Shown: positions 38,209 to 49,711 of the stretch, in pieces
Position numbering within the stretch: the first letter of the stretch is position 1
How the letters are laid out: every line of letters begins with the position of its first letter
The notes under the pieces: model-generated
What the model was told of the DNA's origin: nothing
The model's database searches: none
The model's input: the letters and a program-made list of their open reading frames with translations, nothing else
Origin: Candidatus Eiseniibacteriota bacterium
GTDB taxonomy: Bacteria; Eisenbacteria; RBG-16-71-46
Length of the DNA stretch: 64,000 bases
Direction: 5' to 3'
NCBI GenBank assembly: GCA_963725865.1
Contig: CAVSAC010000012.1
Coordinates: 1,088,001-1,152,000, forward strand
Program-made: the position numbers and the translations under genes

Positions 38209-40620
38209 ATGTGGCACGCACGTCTTTCCCAACCCTTCGGCGCTGTCCGTTCCGGCTGGCTCGGCGCCCTGGGGCTCGCCTTGGCGCTCGTCGCCTGCGG
38301 CCGACCCGCGCTCGCAGATGATGCGGCGTCGGAGTTCAACGTCTTCGCCAACCTTTCGGGTCAGCGCTGGAGCTACGGCTGGACTCCGACGCGCGGCGGC
38401 ACCTTCACGCTGTTCGCCACCAAGGGAACGGACGCGTTCGGACTCAACTTCTGGAACTTCGCGACCAACCAGACGCTCGTGAGCTACAACGGGACCGGGC
38501 TGGCGAAGAACATCGGCAACAACACCACCATTCCGCCCGGCGGGCTGAACCTGTTTCCGGGCTCGGGCGGCCAGTACGCGGTGGTGCGGTGGACGGCGAC
38601 CGCGTCGGGCACGTGCACGATCAACGCCCGATTCATCCGGCGCTCGACGAACGCGTTCGCGGCGGCCGACGTCGCTGTGCTGCACGGCAGCGCGGTGGTG
38701 TTCAGCCGCTGGCTCACCAACGACGTCTCGAACGTGGTGAGCATGTCCACCACGCAGGCGGTGCTGGCGGGCGAGACCATCGACTTCGCGGTCGGCCCCG
38801 GCGACGGCGGCAACGGCTCTGACGTGATCGGCCTCGACGCCACCGTGTGGCTCGAGCCGGTGGTGAGCGCCGCCGGGCCGGTGATCCTGTTCGGCGGCCA
38901 GCGCTTCGTCGCGTGTCGCGGCGACAGCGCGTTCGAATCGATCGCCTACGATCCCATCAACCAGCGGATCGCCTCGCGCGACATCATCCGCACGCGTTGC
39001 GGCGCCCCGGTCTACCAGGGCACCGAGGAGCATCCGGGCCTGACGTGGGATTCGCGGACGGCCTCCTTCTGGCAGGTGACCAACAACCGCGTCGTCCGGC
39101 GCTGGAGTCCGACGGGGACGTTCCTCGGCGACGTGTTCACCGTGCCGCTCACGTTCACCGTTCCGGGCTGGGGGCTCGATACGCTCGAATCCGTCAAGGG
39201 CATCGCCGTCGATTCGAACTTCGTATACCTGGTGGACGCCGGCGACGCGGGCAACCAGGGGCAGATCCGCTCGAACGAGTGGTTCAAGTTCTCGCGCACC
39301 GGCACGCCGGTGAAGTCCTCCAAAACCACGAATTTCCACGCCAACCTGGACCTGAGCCCGGACGCGCTGGTGGACGACATCGTGTACTCGCCGTTCTCGT
39401 CCCCGATCTATCCGGGCAAGCTCCTGATCGCGCTCGAGCACAGCGGCCTCCAGGTGATCGACACCGAGGGGAACTTCGTCGCCAAGTTCCGCTGGACCGA
39501 CGCCGGCGTGCCGGCCGGGCTCAAGCTCCCGGCGTTCGCGGGGCTCGGACTCGATCCCGTGAGCGGGAATCTCTACCTGGTGAACAACGACGGCGCGTCG
39601 TCGCAGATCTGGACTCGGCTGCCGGCGGCGGGCGCGACCTACTACGCGGTCGGCTCGGGGAGCAACCAGCCCTACCTGCACTACCCGAATCCCGGCTGCG
39701 ATCGTCCGATGTGGGGCGCGCTGCCCGCCGCGGCGGGGCTGATGTTCGGCAGCGCCTATCGCAGCGCGAACTCGACCGTGTACGGAGCGGACTTCAACTC
39801 CGGCGAGTTGTTCCGGTACTTCCCGGCGAGCGCCGCCGGCGGCCGGGTCGCGCTGACCGGGGCCTATTCGGTCTGGGGCATGGCGTACGACAGCGAGCGC
39901 GACGTGCTCTACGGCGGACTCGAGTCGGGTGCCGACGTCCGCATCCTGACCATCGACCCCGTTACGGGCGCCGTCTCCCCACTGCCGAACCAGGTCGGCG
40001 TCTATACGCGCGACCTCGCGTTCGACCCGCTGGACCACAAGCTCTACGGCGTCGGGTTCGTCGCCGGCGGCAACAAGCTGATCCGCATCGATCGCGACAC
40101 TGGCGTGGGGACCGTCGTCGGGCCCACCGCGGATGTGGTGGGCATGGACTTCGACGCCGTGTCCGCACGGCTGATCGCGATCCAGTCCTCCGGCCCGTCC
40201 GGGACGCTCTGGAGCATCGACCCCGCCAGCGGCGCCAGCACCAGCCTCGCGACGCTGCCGGTCGGCACCGCCTGGGAGGGACTCGCGATCGTTCCGGTCG
40301 GTGCGGCACCGCCGCTCGCGGTGGAGCCGGGCATCTCGAGTCCGATCGTGCCTTCGTTGCGCGTCATCCCGAATCCCGCGCGTGGCAGCACGACGCTGAG
40401 CTTCAGCCTGCCCGCCGTCGCCGACCTGGAAGCCGCGGTCTACGACGTCGCGGGCCGCAAGGTGCGCTCGATCGGGTCCGGCCGCTACTCCGCCGGCACG
40501 CACACGATGAACTGGGACGGCCGCGACTCCGGCGGGAGGGTGCTGCCGAGCGGGGTGTACTTCGTGCGACTCGATCGCGGCGACCAGTCCCTGGTGACGC
40601 GAATGGTGCGCCTGGACTGA
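38209..40620 (+). CDS. Secreted beta-propeller protein with C-terminal FlgD-Ig-like (T9SS CTD-like) domain
   Basis: Signal peptide; AFDP/IDPxTG repeats; tail PNPARG...VYDVAGRKVR...WDGRD...SGVYFVRL; GGAGG RBS. Confidence 0.8.
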   Translation: MWHARLSQPFGAVRSGWLGALGLALALVACGRPALADDAASEFNVFANLSGQRWSYGWTPTRGGTFTLFATKGTDAFGLNFWNFATNQTLVSYNGTGLAKNIGNNTTIPPGGLNLFPGSGGQYAVVRWTATASGTCTINARFIRRSTNAFAAADVAVLHGSAVVFSRWLTNDVSNVVSMSTTQAVLAGETIDFAVGPGDGGNGSDVIGLDATVWLEPVVSAAGPVILFGGQRFVACRGDSAFESIAYDPINQRIASRDIIRTRCGAPVYQGTEEHPGLTWDSRTASFWQVTNNRVVRRWSPTGTFLGDVFTVPLTFTVPGWGLDTLESVKGIAVDSNFVYLVDAGDAGNQGQIRSNEWFKFSRTGTPVKSSKTTNFHANLDLSPDALVDDIVYSPFSSPIYPGKLLIALEHSGLQVIDTEGNFVAKFRWTDAGVPAGLKLPAFAGLGLDPVSGNLYLVNNDGASSQIWTRLPAAGATYYAVGSGSNQPYLHYPNPGCDRPMWGALPAAAGLMFGSAYRSANSTVYGADFNSGELFRYFPASAAGGRVALTGAYSVWGMAYDSERDVLYGGLESGADVRILTIDPVTGAVSPLPNQVGVYTRDLAFDPLDHKLYGVGFVAGGNKLIRIDRDTGVGTVVGPTADVVGMDFDAVSARLIAIQSSGPSGTLWSIDPASGASTSLATLPVGTAWEGLAIVPVGAAPPLAVEPGISSPIVPSLRVIPNPARGSTTLSFSLPAVADLEAAVYDVAGRKVRSIGSGRYSAGTHTMNWDGRDSGGRVLPSGVYFVRLDRGDQSLVTRMVRLD

Positions 40621-40646
40621 CGACGGCCCTCGCAGGCTGATGGGGC

Positions 40647-40693
40647 AACGCGACATCGGGGTTGCGGGCTTCCGCGGTCCCGATGTCGCGTTT
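40647..40693 (+). terminator. Intrinsic terminator
   Basis: AACGCGACATCGGG...CCCGATGTCGCGTT(T), 14-bp outer stem 26 nt after the stop. Confidence 0.7.
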
Positions 40694-40720
40694 GGGCGAG
40701 TGGCGGTCACGTGATCGCGA

Positions 40721-40748
40721 TTGACGCGCAAACTGGGCGAGCTATCCT
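40721..40748 (+). promoter_or_regulatory. Putative sigma70 promoter
   Basis: TTGACG-16 nt-TATCCT, about 315 nt upstream of the ATG at 41064. Confidence 0.5.
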
Positions 40749-41063
40749 CCGCACGTGGGTCGTGAGTCCCGGGTGCGCGCTCGCACCGCCTCGGATGAAC
40801 TCCCCCCGGGCCTGCTGGATGTGCCGCATGCCCTCACTCCCTGGCAAGCCGCACCGGCCCTGAGGTCTGATTCACTGGCGGCAAGAGGAGGCGCCTCGTC
40901 CTCGATAGGGCGCCCGCTCTCGATTCCATCGTGGAATCCCGCGCTCGGTCGCCCCTCCGCATCGCATGCGCACTTCGCGCGCTCCGATCGCCCGGCCGCC
41001 GCCGCACGCTGCGCCCCCCGCACCGCGCTCTCGGCGATCCTCTTTCAGAGATGGAGGATCATC

Positions 41064-44000
41064 ATGAGCCCACGGGTCTTTGGACTCGCACTGTCGGCAC
41101 TCGTGGGGGTGCCGCTGTTCGCGCCCCCCTCGGCGACCCTCGCCGCCTGGCCAAGTCCGACAGCCAACTTGCCCGTCTGCACGGCCGCGGGCAACCAGGC
41201 AAGGCCTCAGTCTGTCTCGGATGGCGCTGGCGGCGTCATCCTGGCCTGGGTCGACCACCGGCCCGGCGCGCCCGGCATCTACGTGCAGCGCGTCAGCGCC
41301 GCTGGAATGCCGCTGTGGGCCGCGGACGGCGTACGCATTCACTCGCCCTCGTTGGGCGTCGTGGACATGCAACCGATCGAAGAAGTCAATCTCGCGGTGA
41401 CTTCGGATGGAGCGGGTGGAGCCATCGTCGCCTGGGAGGACACGGTCGGTGACGGCAACACGGACATCCTTGGCCAACGCATCAACAGCACAGGGGTCAC
41501 GCTCTGGCCTCCGGACGGCGTGCCGGTATGCCGAGCTCCGGGGCGGCAGTTCTACCCCAGGCTCGCCGCGGACGGCGCCGGTGGGGCGTTTGCGGCGTGG
41601 CAGGATCTTCGCGATGGAATCTACCGAGTGTACGCGCAGCACGTGAGCGCGTCGGGCGCGTGCTCGTGGGCGCCCGATGGGCAGCTCGCCTCGGATGCCG
41701 TCGAGGATGTGCAGCATCCATATTGGTACACGCTCGACATGGTCGTGACTTCGGACGAGCTGGGCGGTGCCATCCTGACCTGGAGCACCACGCGAGGTCT
41801 CGTCGGACAGCGCTTCGACGGGGACGGCACGCGCCTGTGGACGTCCTCCGGTGCGGTCGTCTGCAGCCACCGAAGATCCGAGATCGGGGCGCGGATCCTG
41901 CCCGATGGCGAACACGGAGCGTTCATCACCTGGTTCGACTACCGGGACTTTGGTGGCGACATCTATGTGCAGCGCGTCGATGCAGCCGGCACGAGCCTCT
42001 GGACGGCCGACGGCGTACTCGTCGTCGGCTACGACAGCTTCGATTCGTGGACGGTCCGCATCGCCTCCGATGCGCAGGGTGGCTGCATCCTGCTCTGGCA
42101 GGACACCCGTCCCTACTACTGCTCGCCGTGCAACGGCAGCGTCATCTACGCGCAGCGCTTCAATAGCAGCGGGAATGCGCAGTGGACCCCTGGAGGTGCA
42201 TTGGTCAGCGATCGCGACTCGCGGCTCCGGGGCGGTGAACATGCGGGTCTTCCCGGAAGTCGTCGCGGACGGGAGTGGAGGCGCGATCTTCGCCTACCAG
42301 CTCAACGTCGGAGGGAGCACCGAGTGGCCGGAGGGCCCGTTCGACATCTACTGCCAGCGAGTGGGGGCGGACGGCACGAGGCGGTGGGCGAATGACGTGG
42401 CGGTGTGTACCGATCCCGGCAACCAAGTCCTTCCCGTCCTCGTCCCCAGTGGCCATGGAGCGATCATCGCCTGGATGGACGCGCGCAGCGGGGGATGGGA
42501 CGTCTACGCGCAGGGAGTGGACGCAGGTGTCGAAACGATCACCTTCACCGACATCGGGGCCGGGCTGCCGGGCGGCGAGTGGAATTCGGTCGCCTGGGGA
42601 GACTACGACAGCGACGCCGACCTGGACATTCTGATCGGCTACCTCGTCTACCGCAATGATGGCGGGGTATTCACCGACGCGCATGCCGGACTGCCGGGCG
42701 CGGGTCTCAGCGCCGTCGCGTGGGGCGACTACGACAACGATGGCGATCTGGACATCGCGCTCACGGGTCAGACGGGCGGAGACCCCGAGGACACCGCGGG
42801 CATTTTTCGCAATGACGGGGCTGGGGCCTTCGTCGACATCGGCGCGGGATTGCAGGGCGTGTACCACGGCGCCGTTGACTGGGGTGACTACGACGGCGAT
42901 GGCGATCTTGACCTGCTCCTGATGGGAATCAAGGTCACGGGCAGTCGCATGGAGCCCTTCTCGGCCGTGTACCGGAATGAAGGAGCAGATCGGTTCTCGG
43001 ACATCGGCGCGGCCATTCCGGGTGCGGGCCAGAGCGCGGCGAAGTGGGGGGACTACGACAACGACGGCGACCTCGACATCCTGATGTCTGGGGCCGGGGG
43101 CGCTGGTGCTACCGGCTTGTACCGCAACGACGGCGCCGGCCAATTCGTCCAGGTCGACCTCGGACTTCCGCAGCTCAACTTCAGCGCGGTGGCCTGGGGC
43201 GACTACGACAACGACGGGGATCTGGACTTCCTGCTGACCGGCAGCGGACCAACGTCCATCATCTATCGCAACGACGGCGCCGGTGTGTTCACCGACATCC
43301 ACGCGGGGCTGCAGGGGATGTACTTCAGTTCGGTCGCCTGGGGCGATTACGACAACGACGGTGACCTGGACATCCTGATGAGTGGCGACCTCGTGATGGG
43401 GTCCGTTGCGCTCGTCTATCGCAACGACGGCGGAGTGTTCGTGGACGCTCACGCCGGACTGGTGGGGGCATCACGTCAGGGAGTCGCGTGGGGGGACTAC
43501 GACCAGGATGGTGATCTGGACATCCTGATCGGCTCGCGCGTGTACCGCAGCGACGGCGCGCCGCCGAACACGCCGCCGGCGGCACCGGATGGACCGTGGT
43601 CCATCGACGTCGTCTGGGGAACGGTGACGCTGAGCTGGACTCCGACCGTGGACGCACAGACGCCCGCGAACGGCCTTTCGTACAATCTGCGCGTCGGCAC
43701 CACGCCGGGCGGGAGCGAGATCGCCTCGGCGATGGCGGATCCGGTGACCGGCTATCGGCGGGTGGTCCAGCTCGGTGACGCGCAGCAGCGCACCTCGTGG
43801 AAGTTCCACCTGCCGGAGGTCGCATCGTTCTACTGGAGCGTGCAGGCGGTGGACGGCGCATTCGCCGGTTCGCCGTTCTCGCCGGAGCGCACCTTTGGCC
43901 CGGTGCCCGTGGCCGCCTCGGTTGTGAGCGTCGACACGCGATCGGATCGCATCCTCCTCGTCTGGCACGCGACGGGGATGTCGGAACCCACGGCGAACGC

Positions 44001-44448
44001 GTATCGCCGCGAGGTAGGCACCGAATGGACCGCGCTCGCGCGGATCACGCCCGACGGTACGGAGTACCTGCGCTACGAGGACCTCGCCGTGCAACCCGGA
44101 ACGCGCTACGGCTATCGGTTGGGACTTCGCGACCGCGAGGTCGAGGTGTTCGTGGGCGAGGTTTGGGCGGAGGTGGGCGCCGCGCAACTCGCGCTCGCGG
44201 GTCTGAGGCCGAATCCGGCCGGTCCGAATCCGAGCGTCACGTTCACGCTGCCCGATGCATCGCCGGCCCGACTCGAGGTGCTGGATGTCGGCGGACGGCG
44301 CATCCTCGCTCGTGACGTCGGCTCCCTCGGCCCGGGCACGCACGTCGTGAGTCTCGACCTGCAACGGCCGCTGCCGCCGGGGCTCTACCTGTTGCGGCTG
44401 ACGCACGGCGACCGTGCGGTCACCGCGAGATCGGTCGTGAGTCGGTGA
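41064..44448 (+). CDS. Secreted repeat protein: (S/A)DGAGGAxxxW repeats, 7 FG-GAP/VCBS repeats, FN3-like domain, CTD-like tail; frameshift near 42220
   Basis: Repeat unit continues across the ORFs 40755-42395 and 41851-44448; WGDYDxDxDLD seven times; tail PNP...LDVGGR...PGLYLLRL. Confidence 0.8.
42595..43522 (+). repeat. Seven coding FG-GAP repeats (tggggcgactacgacaacgacgg-like)
   Basis: In-frame degenerate repeats with synonymous variation. Confidence 0.8.
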
Positions 44449-44735
44449 TCGTCGACCAGGTCGAGTGAATTCGCCGGGCATCGTCGAACCGAACTGGACA
44501 TTCGAGCCGACGATGCCGGCCAAGCTCGAGTCGCATGTCTCGTGCGAGGGCCGGCGCGGCCACGGGCGTCTGCTTCTGCGGCGAGCGCCCGATATCGGCC
44601 CTCATGCGGGCGGGCGGGCGCGCCGATAACCCCCGCGGCACGCGCCCGCGGGATCCCGGGCGCATTCGCGTCGCCCGCGGCCGCCGCGGACGATGCATTC
44701 ACCATCGCACCTCGGGTCCCATGAAGGGAATCCCG

Positions 44736-46071
44736 ATGACCCGACCGGCGACGCGCCGATCCTCAATCGTCCGACGGACCCTCGTCGCGCTCGCACTCGT
44801 TGACGGCCAGCGCCGAGGCATCCGCCGCGGGTGGAACGCCCGAGACGATCTTCCGCGACGCTCGCGCGTACACCGTGCGGATCCGCACGACGATCGAGAC
44901 GCCGTTCCTCGAGGACCAGGCCGGATCGTTCAGCGGGGCGGGGTTCCTCGTGGATGCCGGGCGCGGCTGGATCGTCACCAACGCGCACGTCGTCGGGCAG
45001 TCGCCCTCGACCGTGGAGGTGGCCTTTGCGGACGGCGTCTACAAGCCGGCCCGCAAGATCTACGTGGACTCCTTCACGGACATGGCTGTCGTCGAAGTGG
45101 AGTTGGCTGGCGCGACGCACCCGGCCGCACCCCTCGATTGCGCCCACGTGCCTCAGGTGGGCGAGGCGGTCGGCGTGTTCGGGCATCCGCTCGGCATTCC
45201 CTTCACGGGGACGCGCGGGATCGTGTCGGGCGCGACGGATCAGGCGACCGCCGATCTCGTGCAGATCGACGCGACTGTCGATCATGGGAACTCGGGTGGG
45301 CCGGTGATCGCGTTGGGAAGCGGCCGCATCATCGGCATCGCGACTGCCGGCGCGGGGGGCGACAAGTCGGATCGAGTGAACTTCGCCACGCCCATGAAGG
45401 ACGTCTGCCGTATCCTCGAGCTGCTGCGCCAGGGCGTGCACCCTGACCCCGCGGTCATGTCGTTCTCGCTGCTGAAGAACGAGGACGATCGCCACACCCT
45501 GGAGGTCGGGCGCACGTTCGATGATCGCCGGTGGCCGTTCGCGGTCGGCGATCGCATCGTCGCGGTCGGCGAGGAAGGCGTGCGAGTGAGCACCCTCACC
45601 GACCTGGTCCGCTCGCTGCGAGGCCGGGAGGGCGAGGTGCCCATCCGCATCCAGCGCGGCGGTAAGGACGTCACGATCCAGGTGCGGCCCGAGCGGCGGC
45701 CGTCCGTGATCGAGCGTCGGGGCGTCCGCGTCGATGGGGCGCTGTTCGCGCCGAACGCGTTCGAAGATGGCACCACCTTGAGCGAGCCCGCGCGGATCCT
45801 CGTGCATTCGTTGGAGCCGGCCTCGCAGGCGGAGTTGCTGGGCGTCCAGCGGCTGGACGTCGTTGAGAGCATCGACGGGCGGCGTTTCGAGGAGTTCGAC
45901 GCGCTGGCCGCGTACCTGCGGCAGCGCCCGGCCGGTGCGCCCATCCGAATCGTGCTGCGGCGTATGTCCGACCGGCTCAACCGCTGGTTCGATTACCACT
46001 CACGAGTGCTGCCCGGCGCGGAGCTGAAGTTCATCGGACCGGAGGGCGACCTGCTCTCGAGCGCGCCGTAG
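44736..46071 (+). CDS. Trypsin-like serine protease with PDZ domains (HtrA/DegP-like); frameshift in the signal peptide near 44800
   Basis: TNAHVV, DMAV, GNSGGP triad; signal peptide MTRPATRR..LVALAL is in a different frame from the mature protein. Confidence 0.85.
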
Positions 46072-46195
46072 GCCGCGCGCGGCGCGCATCCGCGGTGGAA
46101 TGACAGACCGGGCCGGTCACCCTTTCCAAGACGCGCGGTTCTCCGCTACCACTCGCCAACCCATCGTGCGGACAAACGCCGCGCTTGCCGCCATG

Positions 46196-48568
46196 CTAGT
46201 TCTGTGCGCGACGCCGGAAGAAGAGGCCGGTCGGCGGACGGCGGTACGCCAGCATGTCCTCGTAGATCGTCTTCGACCGCCGAAGGTTGAAGCCCAACCC
46301 GGCCAGGTACTGCAGTCGCAGGTTCCGGTCGCGATTGATCGCTGCGCCCTGCAGCCAGCCGCGCAGGTCGGGCCCGCGCCCCGCGTACGTGGAGAGCAGG
46401 TGCTCCGCCGACACGAACCCCACTTCGCGCAGCGACTGGGCGACGAGCCAGTAGTCCGGACGCTGCAGCCTCGCCTCCCATGCGTCGAGGTCGAACTGGA
46501 GCGGCGTCGCCTGGCCGACCAGGACGAGGTCGTAGTTGGCGCCGTCGACCGTGGTCGCGAACACGACGCCGTTCGGGAACGCCTCCATGAAGGTGGCGAT
46601 CTCGCTCTTCACTGCCTCCTCGCTGCACTGGTAGAGCTGGACGAAGAGGGTCACCGCGCCGCCCGGATTCAGGTGCTGCTTGACGAGGTCGAAGAACTCC
46701 GACGTGTAGAGCATCGCCGCCCCCTTGACCCAGGGGTCGAGCGGGTCCGACGTGATGGCGTCGAAGGTCTCATTCGTCGTCTGGAGGTAGTGACGGGCGT
46801 CATCGACGTGCACGCGGGTCTTCGGATTGTTGAGGACTTCGTAGTTGTAGGGGCTGAAGTAGCGCGAGATCGTCTTGACCACGAGCGGCTCGATCTCGAC
46901 GATCGTCACGCGCTCGACGGCCGGATCGATGGAGACCGCTCCTGCCGTGACGCCCGCGCCGCACCCGATCACGAAGACCGAGCGGGGGTGGGCGGGCACC
47001 AGCGTCGTCAGATGACCGAGCATCCGCTGGAATCGCATGTCCCCCAGAGCGCTCGATGCCTGCACCTTGCCGGCGTTGTGGTAGGCCAGGACGCCGTCCG
47101 CCAGCCGCGTCACTGCCACCGACGCGTTGAGCCCTTCACCCACGTAGATCACGTTTCCCTGGCGGCCCTGCCTGGCGTTGAACCGGCCGTAGGCGACCAG
47201 GTGCCCCGGTAGCTGCGGCACTGCATTCACCATGAGGGTGCCGCAGGCTCCGAGGATGACGACTGCGACGACGCCGAACCGGAGCCACGGGCGACCCGAC
47301 ACGGGCGCTTTGACGACCGGCGCGAGCGCCACCAGCGCCGACAGGCCGCACAGGAGGATCAGCAGCTGCTGCGTGTGCTGGCTGCCGATCCACGCCACCA
47401 GTAGCAGGCTGGCACCGAGCGAGCCCGCGATCGCCCCCACCGTGTTGGCGGCGTACGCGCGGCCGACCAGCACCCCGGGGTCGTGGCCTTCCGCGGCCAG
47501 CGAGGCCAGGGCCAGTGGGAAGCTGGCCCCCCACAGGAGGGTGGCAGGCAACACGGCCCACAGGCTGCGCACGAAGTCGATCTGGAAGCTGAACCAGGGG
47601 CTGCTGGCGAGCGAGGGGTCGACCGGCCACCACGGCAGCGAGGCGGACAGCATGTAGGCCGCCCACGCGATGGCGGCGCAGAGCAGTGCCTGGCACCACC
47701 CGAGCGCCACCCTCGGCCGCGAAACGCTCCGCCCGATCGCCGATCCGGCCGCGCTCCCGACGCCCAGCCCCACGAGGAACGCCGCGAGGACGAGCGAGAA
47801 CGTGTACGTCGTGCCGCCGATGATGAGCGACAGGTGCCGCGTCCAGACGACCTCGGCCGCCAGGGCGCTCAGCCCCGACAGCGCCGTCGTGACATAGATC
47901 GCGGCGGAGCCCGGCACCGGAACCGCGGTCTCCGATCCGGCTGCGGCGCGCTCGTACGGGGTCATCCGGGCCAGCACCAGCGAGGCCGCGGCCACGACCG
48001 CGTTGAGGGCGACGGCGATGAAGGTGCTCGTCGTCAAGTCGTAGACGCGCAGGAGGTAGAAGCCGGCCAGCAGGCAGCCGATGACGGCGCCGACCGTGTT
48101 GCCTGCGTAGAAGAACCCGAGCCACGACACGCCATCGGGCGTGGTCTTGACCCAGCGGGCGAGCGCCGGCAGCGTCGCGCCCATCAGGAGCGTGGGAGGC
48201 AGGAGGCAGACGGCGGCCGCGATCGCGCGCAGCACCAGGCCCATCACGCCCGGTCCCGCCCACGCGGAGTAGACCCCTCCGACCAGCGGCACGACGATCA
48301 GGACGAGCAGGCCGATGAGGCCGATCGCGCCCTCGAGGACGGCATACACGCGTAGCGGGTGGAGCCCGGCCGGGACGAACCGCGGCAGGAGCAGGCTGCC
48401 GAGGAACAGACCGGCCATGAAGGTGCCGAGCAGCACGCCGAGAGATACCGCCGAGACGCCGATCACCAACTGGAGCAGCTGGAACCACACGACCTCGTAG
48501 ATCAGGGCAGTGCAGCCGCTGAGGACGAAGAGGAACAGCAGGAACGGGAGGACGCGACGAGCGGTCAT
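46196..48568 (-). CDS. Fused MFS-like membrane domain / spermidine synthase-like SAM-binding domain protein
   Basis: SGCTALIYEVVW, MGATLP, YAANTVG, VIGCGAGVT, VEIEP, DDARHYL, FDAITSDP. Confidence 0.88.
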   Translation of the reverse strand: MTARRVLPFLLFLFVLSGCTALIYEVVWFQLLQLVIGVSAVSLGVLLGTFMAGLFLGSLLLPRFVPAGLHPLRVYAVLEGAIGLIGLLVLIVVPLVGGVYSAWAGPGVMGLVLRAIAAAVCLLPPTLLMGATLPALARWVKTTPDGVSWLGFFYAGNTVGAVIGCLLAGFYLLRVYDLTTSTFIAVALNAVVAAASLVLARMTPYERAAAGSETAVPVPGSAAIYVTTALSGLSALAAEVVWTRHLSLIIGGTTYTFSLVLAAFLVGLGVGSAAGSAIGRSVSRPRVALGWCQALLCAAIAWAAYMLSASLPWWPVDPSLASSPWFSFQIDFVRSLWAVLPATLLWGASFPLALASLAAEGHDPGVLVGRAYAANTVGAIAGSLGASLLLVAWIGSQHTQQLLILLCGLSALVALAPVVKAPVSGRPWLRFGVVAVVILGACGTLMVNAVPQLPGHLVAYGRFNARQGRQGNVIYVGEGLNASVAVTRLADGVLAYHNAGKVQASSALGDMRFQRMLGHLTTLVPAHPRSVFVIGCGAGVTAGAVSIDPAVERVTIVEIEPLVVKTISRYFSPYNYEVLNNPKTRVHVDDARHYLQTTNETFDAITSDPLDPWVKGAAMLYTSEFFDLVKQHLNPGGAVTLFVQLYQCSEEAVKSEIATFMEAFPNGVVFATTVDGANYDLVLVGQATPLQFDLDAWEARLQRPDYWLVAQSLREVGFVSAEHLLSTYAGRGPDLRGWLQGAAINRDRNLRLQYLAGLGFNLRRSKTIYEDMLAYRRPPTGLFFRRRAQN

Positions 48569-48647
48569 GAGCGTGTCCTGGTCTGTGCGGTGGGCCACGG
48601 TGCGCGACACAATCGAGCGGACCATAGCAGCGCGCGGCCGCGGCCTT

Positions 48648-48832
48648 CTAGTCGGTGGAGGCGGGCGCGCGCTCCCTCGGCGAAGGCCTGCAGTCGCTCG
48701 ACGTCCGCCTCGAAGGAGTGGCCGGAGGGCGACACGAGGTAGCCGCCGTCCGTCCCCGCCTCATCCAAGAGGCGGCGAACCGCGCACCGAGCCCGTGTCG
48801 GGTGACGCCAGAGTGCGCACGGTATCCACATC
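48648..48832 (-). pseudogene. C-terminal remnant of a URO-D/MtaA-family protein
   Basis: DVDTVRTL (one frame), then VRRLLDEAGTDGGYLVSPSGHSFEADVERLQAFAEGAR (another frame); no upstream body. Confidence 0.55.
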
Positions 48833-49181
48833 GTGAGAGACGGTTCTCCCGCTGGGCCTGAGACCGGCCTCGAGGCCGAGGATGCCAGGTGAACCGCGCC
48901 GGGTTTCCCGGAGCCCTCGTTCCCAGAGAGGAGGCTGCATTCTGGCCCAGATCTGTCCGGAGACGAGGCCGGCCTCGCCTGCGACGCCGGCGGTGGGTCA
49001 GAGATGTTCACGTGCGAGCCGCACCTCGAATCGCTGCTGGGCGGGGCGATGCCGGAATAGGCGCGACGGCACGGTCGCGCGCGCGTATCTTCAGGAACAT
49101 CCGGGTGGCGGTGGCGAAGCCATCGCTTGTTGTCGGTGGTCTGCGGCGAGCCGGCAGCCTCGCCAAGAAGAGGAGGTTCGC

Positions 49182-49516
49182 ATGGTGTGTCCCAAATGCG
49201 GGTGGAGAGCTCTCATGCCTCCGCGAGGCGCCTCGACCGCAGGGCCGCGCTCATGACCAAGCCCTCTAGTGATGACCTGAGCCTTGTGCCCGTGCTCGTA
49301 ACGAACGATGCGTCCGCGCTGGCGATCGCGAAATCTCTGCTCGATGGCGAGGGCGTCGAATGCGAGGTCCAGGGTGAGTCGGGACAGGAGACACTCGGCC
49401 TCGGCCCGTTCCCCGGTGCGACGGGGCCGATGCGGCTCATGGTCGCGCGCAAGGACGAGGAAGCCGCGCGTGGTTTGCTCGCGCAACCTGACGACGCGGC
49501 CGACACGGACGAGTGA
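49182..49516 (+). pseudogene. DUF2007 (putative signal-transducing) protein with decayed, frameshifted N-terminal Zn ribbon; intact core 49253-49516
   Basis: AGGAGG RBS then MVCPKCG; core AIAKSLLDGEGVECEVQGE...LMVARKDEEAARGLL in another frame. Confidence 0.65.
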
Positions 49517-49711
49517 ATGACCCGCGACTGACGCGCCTCGCGGACGGCGAAGACAGATCGCGGGCGACCGCCCCACCGACATGCCATGCTCCCGGACGGG
49601 CCGAACGGTTCCCGCCCGGAACTCCTCACTGAGGCTGGGCAGCGCACTGCCCTGGCGCGCTTGTCCATACCGGACATCGTGTCCGCCTCGGGAGATGCCC
49701 GCGATGGCGGG

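Noticed and set aside
42595..43522. Regularly spaced ~30-nt repeats that could suggest a CRISPR array
   Set aside because: In-frame coding FG-GAP repeats with third-position variation and ~110-170 nt spacing; no cas genes in the window.
32460..44805. ACTCG occurs at three +1 frameshift sites (~32467, ~42217, ~44796), hinting at recoding or a methylation-linked base-calling error
   Set aside because: Shift positions cannot be fixed exactly by eye, and the same motif occurs many times in unbroken genes (e.g. 11358, 25282, 53030).
48650..48670. GGTGGAGGCGGG as a second tmRNA/tRNA att remnant
   Set aside because: Too short, lacks the TGGT (CCA) end and TCGA loop, and lies within the URO-D remnant.
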